From Candidatus Doudnabacteria bacterium (GTDB lineage: Bacteria > Patescibacteriota > Doudnabacteria > UBA920), in assembly GCA_031291995.1 (NCBI GenBank), contig JARLHZ010000004.1:5272-69271 (forward strand): DNA of 64,000 bases. Direction: 5' to 3'. Below the pieces are notes generated by a model. That model searched no databases and was not told the DNA's origin. It saw only the letters and a program-made list of their open reading frames with translations. Position numbers and translations under genes: made by a program. Positions 19,964 to 28,045 of this stretch are shown here, in pieces (positions within the stretch are counted from its first letter, which is position 1; each line of letters opens with the position of its first letter).

Positions 19964-21520
19964 ATGGAAAAGGATTCGCAAATATTGAATAAAAATTTTG
20001 CAGCCACAACTCAGATTGCCGGCCGCAGTTTGGATTTGGCTGAGATAGTTTTTATTACCGACACTAATTTTAAGCTTCTTAAACCCGAATGGCTGAGTGA
20101 TGACGATTTAATGCTGAAATTGAAGGCATATATTTTTGAAATTATTGAGACAAATGAAGATTTATTAGCTATTGATTGTTTTGACCACCTGCATAATCTG
20201 CTTGCCCAGAATTCGCGTTTGGCTAAGGAACGCCCAGATATATTTCTAGAATATTTAAGGATGCTAGCCTTACTTAAGGCGACTTTTTTAATGAATCTTC
20301 CGGAGCAGGACGTTATGACTTTTTTTAGAGAAAATTTGCTATTTTGTCTGGATGTGCAAGATTTTGATTTAGGCGAGAAAATTTTTCGTTTGCTATTTTT
20401 GTACCACAAAGATCCCAAAGTCTTTGAAGATGAAAGAAAGCAAATACAACAAGCAATAGAGGACAACGGAGAATTTTTAGGTGAAAATGGTATTACGCTC
20501 CTAAACAAAAATGAAGAGCAATATGCGACTGTTGAGAACTGGCTTGAAGATTATAACGAATTTTCAGTCGGATTTACCGTTAAAAACGGAAGAGGGGCTC
20601 AAACCAGAGCTAGTGGAGGTTTGGGAGGAAGCTTGGAGAGGGTTTCTTATATGCAAAAAAGTTTAAACGTTCGGGGATTGAATAAGGACGAAAAGGTTAT
20701 TCTGTTTAAGCTTTTGGAACTTTATGATTGGCTGAAGAGTTTAAAGCCTACGACTTTATTTTATGAGCCATTTTTTTCTAGTTACATAGAAACGCAAAAT
20801 CAGGCCTTGAAATTATTTAATGAAGACGGCGAAAATACTTCTTTCGTTTCAAACCAGAGCGCATTGGGTAAACCAGTTGAAATATCATCAGATTTATCCA
20901 AATCCGTTCCGCCTGCAGTCCCTGAAAGCAAGTCTGCAAAAGTTATGCTGCAGATGAGCCAGGTTAATGTTGAGGAGGTTTTGAGGAAGCAGATGCAGAG
21001 TAGCGGGGCGGGGTTGAGGATGGGAGGAGGGCGGGAAATTACAAATAACAAATTACAAATTCCAAATGGGGAACAGGGAGCGACGGGGCAAATTGCAAAT
21101 GAAAAATTAAAAATTCCAAATGGGGAACAGGGGAAAGGTGCAAATGACGGACAGGGAGTAGTGAATATCGAACAGGCAACAGGGAACAGAGGGCAGGCGG
21201 ATAATAAAAAGACCGCCCCTTTCGGGGCGGCCTTAGGGTTTCAGCAAGTGCCTGAAAGCCCGGCTTTGACATCTGAAAAAAGTATAACAGAATCTCAGAG
21301 TTTGTCAAGTGGTGGACCCAAGGGGAATCGAACCCCTGAAACCCGGATGTCAAAGCCAGGCTCGGCACCCGCCTGGGCCCACTCGGATGAATTATATCAT
21401 AGTTCTGCGGAAAATATGATTGAAATGACGAATATGACTAACACAAAAGCCGGCGTGCCCAGTAAAGCGCAGGAAATTGACAGGAAGTTGGAAGATTTAG
21501 AGAAGCGCGTTAAAATTTAG
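19964..21520 (+). CDS. Hypothetical protein (helical N-terminus, low-complexity C-terminus hosting an antisense RNA cassette)
   Basis: 518-aa uninterrupted ORF in an operon-like position. Confidence 0.7.
   Translation: MEKDSQILNKNFAATTQIAGRSLDLAEIVFITDTNFKLLKPEWLSDDDLMLKLKAYIFEIIETNEDLLAIDCFDHLHNLLAQNSRLAKERPDIFLEYLRMLALLKATFLMNLPEQDVMTFFRENLLFCLDVQDFDLGEKIFRLLFLYHKDPKVFEDERKQIQQAIEDNGEFLGENGITLLNKNEEQYATVENWLEDYNEFSVGFTVKNGRGAQTRASGGLGGSLERVSYMQKSLNVRGLNKDEKVILFKLLELYDWLKSLKPTTLFYEPFFSSYIETQNQALKLFNEDGENTSFVSNQSALGKPVEISSDLSKSVPPAVPESKSAKVMLQMSQVNVEEVLRKQMQSSGAGLRMGGGREITNNKLQIPNGEQGATGQIANEKLKIPNGEQGKGANDGQGVVNIEQATGNRGQADNKKTAPFGAALGFQQVPESPALTSEKSITESQSLSSGGPKGNRTPETRMSKPGSAPAWAHSDELYHSSAENMIEMTNMTNTKAGVPSKAQEIDRKLEDLEKRVKI
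21206..21274 (-). ncRNA. Putative ~69-nt sRNA antisense to the anticodon arm of the adjacent tRNA-like RNA
   Basis: Own TTGACA/TATACT promoter; 5' GAUGUCAAAGCCGGGCU; internal hairpin; terminator GGCCGCCCC-GAAA-GGGGCGGUC-UUUUU. Start site is inferred. Confidence 0.7.
21281..21308 (-). promoter_or_regulatory. Sigma70-type promoter
   Basis: TTGACA (21303-21308) - 16 bp - TATACT (21281-21286), with TG extended -10. Confidence 0.75.
21310..21380 (-). ncRNA. tRNA-like RNA with Ala acceptor identity, truncated D-arm and atypical anticodon loop
   Basis: GGGCCCA/TGGGTCC acceptor (G3:U70), A73, CCA; T-arm AGGGG-TTCGATT-CCCCT; stem GCCTGG/CCGGGT with loop CTTTGACAT. Confidence 0.8.
21391..21399 (-). 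promoter_or_regulatory. Extended -10 promoter for the tRNA-like RNA
   Basis: TGATATAAT 10 nt upstream of the mature 5' end. Confidence 0.65.
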
Positions 21521-21582
21521 GGTAATGAGTATGCTATATTATAGATAACTAACCTGAGCAATATAGGCCATGAAAATTATTA

Positions 21583-22008
21583 ATGAAGATTTTTCAGTCT
21601 AAAATTAACAAACTGGCGGGAACCGATTATAGAGAAGTCTATTCCAGGGCGAGGACTATATTCCTGGGTATAAAAAAGAGAAGCAAGCGCAAACCCTACG
21701 TCAGGTCGGCCTATTTTGGAAACAATAAAATTTTTCTCGACTATTTTTGGGAACACCTGCACCAAAAGAACCAGGCAGACAGGTTAAGAAGGTTGAAATT
21801 TTACGCCTGTGCCTTGGAGTTAATACAAAAATCAAAGTTATCGCCGACCATCAAAGAGCATACAAACAAACCGAAACATTCAATGCATCGTTTTTATGGA
21901 AAAGCACCCAATAATGAAATGTTTGTCGTTCAAATTATTGAAAATTTAAAGACCGACAGTAAATATTTTTTATCAGTTTTCCCGTATGAATCTAGTGGCG
22001 ACAAATAA
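21583..22008 (+). CDS. Small basic hypothetical protein, putative RelE/BECR-fold RNase toxin
   Basis: 141 aa, Lys/Arg-rich; C-terminal beta-strand pattern HRFYGK...FVVQIIE...KYFLSVFP. Fold is inferred. Confidence 0.6.
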   Translation: MKIFQSKINKLAGTDYREVYSRARTIFLGIKKRSKRKPYVRSAYFGNNKIFLDYFWEHLHQKNQADRLRRLKFYACALELIQKSKLSPTIKEHTNKPKHSMHRFYGKAPNNEMFVVQIIENLKTDSKYFLSVFPYESSGDK

Positions 22009-22112
22009 AAAAAGAGCCTCCGCAAGTGTGGTATATAAACCACGGGGCCGAGACTCTATTATTACAGATCTTCCGCCAAGGTGTGGTATATAAACCACGG
22101 CCGAAGACCTAT
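22007..22112 (-). ncRNA. Putative ncRNA with two tandem covarying hairpin units
   Basis: Identical 20-mer GTGTGGTATATAAACCACGG at 22026-22045 and 22081-22100, each in a different closing stem; U-tract at the end; consensus promoter upstream. Confidence 0.7.
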
Positions 22113-22118
22113 GAGATA

Positions 22119-22146
22119 ATTATAACAAATATATTTGGCCTGTCAA
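22119..22146 (-). promoter_or_regulatory. Consensus sigma70 promoter
   Basis: TTGACA (22141-22146) - 16 bp - TATAAT (22119-22124), with TG extension. Confidence 0.8.
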
Positions 22147-22172
22147 TATTCAAAATTAGCCTATAAATAAGC

Positions 22173-23696
22173 ATGGATCCGCAAAGAATAAAAAAAATCG
22201 AAGACCTGGTTATTCAGTCAAAAATCCTCAGCCGGCAGGAGCGGGGGGAATGGCTGGCGCTTTTGGATATAATGAACGACAAACAGCTGGCGGAGCTTGA
22301 GGATATTTTGATGGCGGGGAAGAGGCAGGAATCATTAGCGGGGAGCGGACAGCGGGGAGCGGACAGCGGACAGGGAATAGGGGGGCAAATTACAAATAAC
22401 AAATTCCAAATTTCAAATGGGGGACAGGGGCAAATTCCAAATGAAAAATTATCCGCGAAAGGCGGATCCGCCTCCGGCGGAAAAATTACAAAACCGGAGC
22501 AGATTAAGGAGATTGCGAGCGGTAAAGCGCAGATGATAAACTCGCAGACTTTGGCGACGACTCCGGATATGCTTAGGGAAAAATTCGCGGCCGCGCCGAT
22601 GGGCATACCAAAGCTGAATCATATAATGAATTTGCCGAGGATGGGGAGGATTGAACGAGGGACTCCGGAGCAAACAGCAAACAGCAAACAGCAAACATTT
22701 GTCAGCAGGCAGCAGACAGCAGACAGTGGAGACAAGAGTGGGTTTGCGGGCAGACTTAAGGCGGTAATGGCGGAAAAGGAGCTTCCGGGAGCGGTGGCGG
22801 AATTGGAATTGCCGGGAAGAAGCCGTCCCAAGCTTGAACCCGCGATACATTTAAATTATGGCGCTTTGCCGCCGGTACCGAGGCCGAAGGTAGGAGACAG
22901 CAATCAGCAGACAGCAGTCAACAGACAGCAGTCAGCAGACAGCAAGCAGCGGACAGCGGATAGCGGACAGCGAATAGAGGGAGGCGGGAAGATGGGGGAG
23001 AAAGTTAATGGGCCGGTGGCGGCTGCAGGGCCGGAAGCGGGTGTCGCGCCAAAAAAACCCGAACTTGCGAACGCGGAGCCGGGATTGCCAAAAATTCAGG
23101 CCGTAGTAAATGAAATATTATCGAACACTTTAAAGCCGGGCTATGCCGACAAAACGCCGCCAATAAAATCGGATCCGACAGAAGCCTCTTCACTCGCGCA
23201 AGTTTTGGCTAAAAAAACCACCGCTGAGGCCGGATTAACAAGCGGGCTCAGTAAATTGCCGGATAATGTTTTTATGGTGCCGACCGCGTCCCTCAAAATC
23301 AAAACACCGGAAGCTGTGGCGGTTCCAGGACCGTTAGTTCAATCGGAAACCGCGGTCTTAACGGATGAGGAGCCGCAAACCAAAAAATCGTCCGCGCCCC
23401 AGGCAAAGTTGTCGAGTTTGGAAGATTTGAGCAAAATTGACACGCAAAATCTGGAAGGAGGGTGGGATTTGCTAGCCAAACAAATCAGCAACCTTATCCG
23501 AAAGTACGATTACCACCAGGTGTCCATGAATTTGGAAAAAAGTCCGCTTTATATAAGTTACCTGCAAACGGGGAGCAGCGCGCTGCAGCAGCAAACCAGC
23601 CTGGAACGCCTAAACGACCCGCCCCAGCCGGGGATATTGGACAGAGCTCGGTTTGAGCAGACCGCGGACTTGCTGAGAGCGATTCAATCGGGATAG
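22173..23696 (+). CDS. Hypothetical protein with heptamer-repeat-derived low-complexity linker
   Basis: 507-aa ORF; ordered ends (LSRQERGEWLALL; LEKSPLYISYLQTG...FEQTADLLR); ACAGCAG- and CAAATT-type tracts in the middle. Confidence 0.75.
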   Translation: MDPQRIKKIEDLVIQSKILSRQERGEWLALLDIMNDKQLAELEDILMAGKRQESLAGSGQRGADSGQGIGGQITNNKFQISNGGQGQIPNEKLSAKGGSASGGKITKPEQIKEIASGKAQMINSQTLATTPDMLREKFAAAPMGIPKLNHIMNLPRMGRIERGTPEQTANSKQQTFVSRQQTADSGDKSGFAGRLKAVMAEKELPGAVAELELPGRSRPKLEPAIHLNYGALPPVPRPKVGDSNQQTAVNRQQSADSKQRTADSGQRIEGGGKMGEKVNGPVAAAGPEAGVAPKKPELANAEPGLPKIQAVVNEILSNTLKPGYADKTPPIKSDPTEASSLAQVLAKKTTAEAGLTSGLSKLPDNVFMVPTASLKIKTPEAVAVPGPLVQSETAVLTDEEPQTKKSSAPQAKLSSLEDLSKIDTQNLEGGWDLLAKQISNLIRKYDYHQVSMNLEKSPLYISYLQTGSSALQQQTSLERLNDPPQPGILDRARFEQTADLLRAIQSG

Positions 23697-23748
23697 GCGC
23701 ATAGAGAAAATATCAAATTACAAATTACAAATTTCAAATCAAAACCAA

Positions 23749-24123
23749 ATGACAAATGACAAAATATATGACCTGGAAGAAAGAACGGCTTTATTTTCAG
23801 AGGCGGTGATAGAATTCGCTAAATTGGTACCCCAAAATGCAATTACGACTAACCTAATCATCCAATTCGTCAAATCAGGCACTTCAATGGGGGCTAATTA
23901 CTGTGAAGCGGATGCGGCGGAATCCAGAAAAGACTTTGAACATAAAATGGGTATTTGTAAAAAAGAGGCCAAAGAAACCCGCTATTGGTTGCGAATAATA
24001 GCCAAGACTTGTCCGGAACTGAAGGATAAAGCTGAAATTTTGTGGAAAGAGTCGCATGAATTACTTCTTATTTTTTCGGCTATAATTAAAAATACAAAAA
24101 ACGGCGATCAAAAAACAGTTTGA
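23749..24123 (+). CDS. Four-helix-bundle protein (23S rRNA IVS protein/Avd-like family)
   Basis: QFVKSGTSMGANYCEA...RKDFEHKMGICKKEAKETRYWL; flanked by inverted heptamer arrays. Confidence 0.93.
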   Translation: MTNDKIYDLEERTALFSEAVIEFAKLVPQNAITTNLIIQFVKSGTSMGANYCEADAAESRKDFEHKMGICKKEAKETRYWLRIIAKTCPELKDKAEILWKESHELLLIFSAIIKNTKNGDQKTV

Positions 24124-24200
24124 CATTTAATATTTTATTTTTGAATTGAAATTTGTAATTTGATATTTGAAATTATCAATTGTGCTATAATTAAGCTGAT

Positions 24201-24653
24201 ATGCAATTTCCAGTACCACAATTTACAGACGTGGAAGATAAGATTATCGGTCCGTTGACCATTAAGCAGTTCGGCATACTGTTTGGCGGCGGCGTATTGG
24301 TCTTTTTGGGCTATTCGACCACAAAAAGCATTATTGTCCTGGTAATTATGTGTCTGCTTATCGGTATTCCCGTTTTAGGCCTGGCTTTTGCCAAAATTAA
24401 CGGCCGGCCGCTCTATAATACCATCAGCTACTTTACCAAGTTTATGCTGAGTCCGAAAGTCATGGTTTTCCACAAGGAGGCTGTAAATTTGGGTTCTAAA
24501 TCCAACTTGAAAGACGCGCAAATGGCCAGTACCCAGGCCAAACCGGCTCCAACCCAGCCCGCGGAAACTGCCGACGAACGGCTGAAAAAAGTGGAAGAAC
24601 TGCTTCGGGCGACCTCGGTACAGGAAAAGGACGTGGCGGGTAAACTTAGATAA
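24201..24653 (+). CDS. PrgI-family T4SS membrane protein
   Basis: MQFPVPQFTDVEDKIIGPLTIKQF, two TM helices, KINGRP. Confidence 0.9.
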   Translation: MQFPVPQFTDVEDKIIGPLTIKQFGILFGGGVLVFLGYSTTKSIIVLVIMCLLIGIPVLGLAFAKINGRPLYNTISYFTKFMLSPKVMVFHKEAVNLGSKSNLKDAQMASTQAKPAPTQPAETADERLKKVEELLRATSVQEKDVAGKLR

Positions 24654-25223
24654 TAATCGCGAATATACAAATTTTAAATAATATACGAAATAGTGTTCTG
24701 TAAGTTTTATAAATTAGAAATCTATATATTAAATAAATAACCATAATGAGGACCAAATATATGAGACCCGAAGCTGATTTAGATGGCAGATCAAAACAAA
24801 ATAATCCATAAGGATCTCAGTTATAAAATTGTCGGTGTTGCTTTTAGATCTTTTAAGGCAACAGGATATGGAATGCCTGAAAAGTACTGTCAAGGTGTGT
24901 TCGCTGCCGAACTTGAGAAAGCTGGGTTGCACTTTAATCGGGAAGTTTATGTTACTTTAAATTATGAAGGTAAAGTTATCACAAAGTATTTTTTAGATTT
25001 TATTGTTGAAGATTCGGTGGTTGTGGAATTAAAAGTTCGGCCAAAAATCGGATATGCCCATATTGAACAAGTAATGGCATACCTTAAAGCAACGAATAAG
25101 AAATTAGCGATTTTAATCTATTTTACCCAAGAAGGTGTGAAATATCGGAGAATCGTTAATTCTTACAACAAACTACAATGAGCAGGTTCGTATATTAATT
25201 TTAAATTTGTATATTCGCGATTA
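24654..25223. mobile_element. IR-bounded cassette carrying the GxxExxY gene
   Basis: TAATCGCGAATATACAAATTT...AATATACGAA (24654-24689) is a near-perfect inverted copy of 25187-25223. Confidence 0.65.
24783..25181 (+). CDS. GxxExxY protein (PD-(D/E)XK-like nuclease fold)
   Basis: GYGMPEKY, FLDFIVEDSVVVELK, QVMAYLK. Confidence 0.92.
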   Translation: MADQNKIIHKDLSYKIVGVAFRSFKATGYGMPEKYCQGVFAAELEKAGLHFNREVYVTLNYEGKVITKYFLDFIVEDSVVVELKVRPKIGYAHIEQVMAYLKATNKKLAILIYFTQEGVKYRRIVNSYNKLQ

Positions 25224-25225
25224 CT

Positions 25226-25909
25226 ATGAAGCTTGAAATGCAAAACAAAAAAAAGCCTATTGGGAAGCCGACGCAGAATTTTTTGCGTATTTCGGAAATA
25301 AAAAACGACACCGTGGTTATGGACGACGGAACTTTGCGGGTCATAATTATGGTGTCCAGCACCAATTTTGACTTAAAGAGCCAGGACGAACAGAATTCCA
25401 TTATTTTCGGTTTCCAGCGGTTTTTAAACAGCCTGGAATTTCCCGTCCAGATTCTCATGCAAAGCCGAAAAATGGAGATTGGCGGCTATTTGGAAAAATT
25501 AAAGAAATTGGCGGACAAGCAGACCAACGAGCTCCTCCGCGTCCAGACCAACGAATACGTGGAGTTTATTTCCCGGCTCATTGAGAACGCCAGCATTATG
25601 AATAAGAATTTTTATATTGTCGTCCCTCTGGGGGAAAGCATTTTTCCGGCCGCCGCGGGGTTCTTTAGCCGCGTATTCGGCAGGGGGCGGGAACGGGAAG
25701 TTACCGAGCGGATAGAAAATTTTGAAAAGGCCAAAGAAAAATTGGACAACCGCGCCACCTCGCTGGCCTCCAACCTTTCGGGTATTGGCATTCGGGCAGA
25801 ACGAATGAAGACGGAAGAAATTATCCAGCTGTATTATAATTCCTATAATTTTGAATCGGGCCCGCTGATAAACCCGGGAGAGCTTAAAGAAATCAAACTA
25901 TCACAATAA
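25226..25909 (+). CDS. TraC/VirB4 N-terminal-like T4SS protein
   Basis: NFDLKSQDEQ...FQRFLNSLEFPVQI; lies between prgI and virB4. Confidence 0.75.
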   Translation: MKLEMQNKKKPIGKPTQNFLRISEIKNDTVVMDDGTLRVIIMVSSTNFDLKSQDEQNSIIFGFQRFLNSLEFPVQILMQSRKMEIGGYLEKLKKLADKQTNELLRVQTNEYVEFISRLIENASIMNKNFYIVVPLGESIFPAAAGFFSRVFGRGREREVTERIENFEKAKEKLDNRATSLASNLSGIGIRAERMKTEEIIQLYYNSYNFESGPLINPGELKEIKLSQ

Positions 25910-25924
25910 ATCAATTGATTAATG

Positions 25925-26027
25925 TCAAATTATAAATATCAAATTTCAAATCAATGTCAAAGTTTGAAATTTAAAAAATTTGTAATTAGGTTTTGATTTG
26001 AAATTTGTAATTTGATATTTGAAATTT
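25925..26027. repeat. Inverted heptamer array (empty CAAAT-family element)
   Basis: aaatatcaaatttcaaatcaa ... ttgatttgaaatttgtaatttgatatttgaaattt. Confidence 0.85.
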
Positions 26028-26032
26028 AACCT

Positions 26033-27880
26033 ATGTCTATTTTTAGCAAACTCACCGAACAGGATTTAGAACAAAAAAAGGCTCAGCTCAAGGAAAAGGA
26101 GAAGGAACATTCCCTGAGTTCGTCATTGGGCGATTTGGAAAAAACCTATAAGGAAGGCTTGACGACGTTAAAGGATATTATCGCGCCGTCGGCTTTAAAA
26201 TTTGAAGGGTCGCATTTTGAATTAAACGGCAAATACGGCCGCAGTTTTTTCGTGCTGGCCTATCCGCGCTTTTTGTCCAGCAACTGGCTGTCGTTTATAA
26301 TCCAGGCGGACGGAGCCCTGGATTTGTCGATGTTTATTTATCCCATAGACTCGGCGGACATTCTAAAAAAATTAAAGAGCAAGGTCGGGGAACTTGGTTC
26401 GCAAATGTCCATTAACCAGGAAAAGGGCATGGTCCGCGACCCGATGCTGGAGACGGCTTACAAAGACGTGGAAGGCCTGCGCGACAACTTAATGCAGGGT
26501 ACGGAAAAGTATTTTCGGTTCGCCCTGTACTTTACAATATACGCCAACGATTTAAAGGAACTGGACAAATCATCCTCGACCCTGGAAAGCAGCCTGGGGG
26601 CCAAGCTGATTGTTACCAAACGGGCGCTGCTTCAGACGCAGAACGGACTGAATTCCACGCTTCCCATGGGTTTGGACGAACTGGACGTGGCCAATAACAT
26701 GAATACCAGCCCGCTGTCCTCGTGTTTTCCTTTTGTGTCATCGGATTTGACTTCCAACGACGGGATTTTATACGGCATTAACCGACACAATAACAGTTTG
26801 ATATTATTTGACCGTTTTGCCATGGAAAATGCCAACTCCGTTGTGTTTGCCAAGTCCGGCGCGGGGAAGTCTTACGCGGTCAAATTGGAAGTTTTACGAA
26901 GTCTCATGGTTGGCACAGACGTTATTATCGTGGATCCGGAAAATGAGTACCAGCATTTGGCCGCGGCTGTTGGCGGAACTTATTTGAGCGTCAGTTTAAA
27001 TTCCCCGTCCCGCATTAACCCGTTTGATTTGCCGGTTGCCGTGGAAGGTGAAAGCAACGCGGACGTCCTGCGCAGTTCGGTTATTAACTTGCTGGGTTTG
27101 TTCAGTTTGATGCTGGGCAAGCTAAATCCCACCGAAGAAGCCATTATGGACAAGGCCATTTGGCAAACTTACGCCAAAAAAGATATTACATCCGAATTGG
27201 AAGATTTTAAAAACATTGAGTGCCCGACCATGAACGATTTGATGGAAATTTTAAACAGCATGGTCGGAGCCGAGAGCCTGGCTCAGCGGCTGACCAAATT
27301 TACCGAAGGCACTTTTGGCGGATTGCTAAACCAGGCGACCAACGTGGTGCTTAACAACCAGCTGGTGGTATTTTCCATCCGCGATTTGGAAGAGGAACTG
27401 AGGCCAATAGCCATGTATATTATTTTAAATTACATTTGGAATGTCGTCCGCAGCGAATTAAAGCGCCGCATTCTGGCCGTGGACGAAGCCTGGATACTCA
27501 TGCAGCATGAAGACAGCGCCAGGTTCCTGTTCGGTATTGCCAAACGCGCCCGTAAATATTACCTTGGCCTGACCACCATTACCCAGGACGTGGCCGACTT
27601 TTTGGCCAGCCCCTACGGCAAACCGATTGTGACCAACTCGTCCATCCAAATGTTGTTAAAACAATCCCCGGCGGCTATTAATGTAATCGCTGAAACATTC
27701 TTTTTGACCGAGGGAGAAAAATATTTATTGCTGGAAAGCGAAGTCGGCGAAGGGATATTTTTTGCCGGGCTGAAGCACGCGGCCATCAAAATTTACGCGT
27801 CCTACGTGGAAGACCAAATAATTACCACCGACCCCAAACAGCTTTTGGAAATTCAGGACAGCCAGGAAAAGTTGAACTAA
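26033..27880 (+). CDS. VirB4/TraC-family secretion ATPase
   Basis: Walker A AKSGAGKS, IIVDPENEY, INPFDL, Walker B AVDEAW, KRARKY, TITQDV. Confidence 0.93.
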   Translation: MSIFSKLTEQDLEQKKAQLKEKEKEHSLSSSLGDLEKTYKEGLTTLKDIIAPSALKFEGSHFELNGKYGRSFFVLAYPRFLSSNWLSFIIQADGALDLSMFIYPIDSADILKKLKSKVGELGSQMSINQEKGMVRDPMLETAYKDVEGLRDNLMQGTEKYFRFALYFTIYANDLKELDKSSSTLESSLGAKLIVTKRALLQTQNGLNSTLPMGLDELDVANNMNTSPLSSCFPFVSSDLTSNDGILYGINRHNNSLILFDRFAMENANSVVFAKSGAGKSYAVKLEVLRSLMVGTDVIIVDPENEYQHLAAAVGGTYLSVSLNSPSRINPFDLPVAVEGESNADVLRSSVINLLGLFSLMLGKLNPTEEAIMDKAIWQTYAKKDITSELEDFKNIECPTMNDLMEILNSMVGAESLAQRLTKFTEGTFGGLLNQATNVVLNNQLVVFSIRDLEEELRPIAMYIILNYIWNVVRSELKRRILAVDEAWILMQHEDSARFLFGIAKRARKYYLGLTTITQDVADFLASPYGKPIVTNSSIQMLLKQSPAAINVIAETFFLTEGEKYLLLESEVGEGIFFAGLKHAAIKIYASYVEDQIITTDPKQLLEIQDSQEKLN

Positions 27881-28037
27881 TTTCAAATTACAAATAACAA
27901 ATTTCAAATAAATTCCTAATTTTAAGCGCCAAATAATATCCAAAAGGCCGCGTGTTAAATTTCAAAAGTCCGGGTTTGGCCTTTGAAATTTGGATTTTGG
28001 CGTTGGTTTGATATTTGGAATTTGTAATTTGGAATTT
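27879..28037. repeat. Inverted heptamer array (CAAAT family)
   Basis: tttcaaattacaaataacaaatttcaaa ... tttgatatttggaatttgtaatttggaa. Confidence 0.85.
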
Positions 28038-28045
28038 TTTATTTT

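Noticed and set aside
21310-21380. Canonical tRNA, full tmRNA gene, or att-site remnant
   Set aside because: The D-arm is too short and the loop is 9 nt, and there is no tag-reading-frame domain. An att remnant would not be expected to keep a pairing 5' acceptor strand and its own promoter, and no integrase is in the window. Kept as tRNA-like.
22026-22100. Mini-CRISPR (20-bp repeat, 35-bp spacer)
   Set aside because: Only two copies, no cas genes, and the 'spacer' base-pairs with the flanks as part of the hairpin units.
23749-24123. Diversity-generating retroelement (Avd-like gene)
   Set aside because: No reverse transcriptase and no TR/VR pair with adenine-specific mismatches seen. The 15325/15732 repeat differs at all base types and is non-coding.
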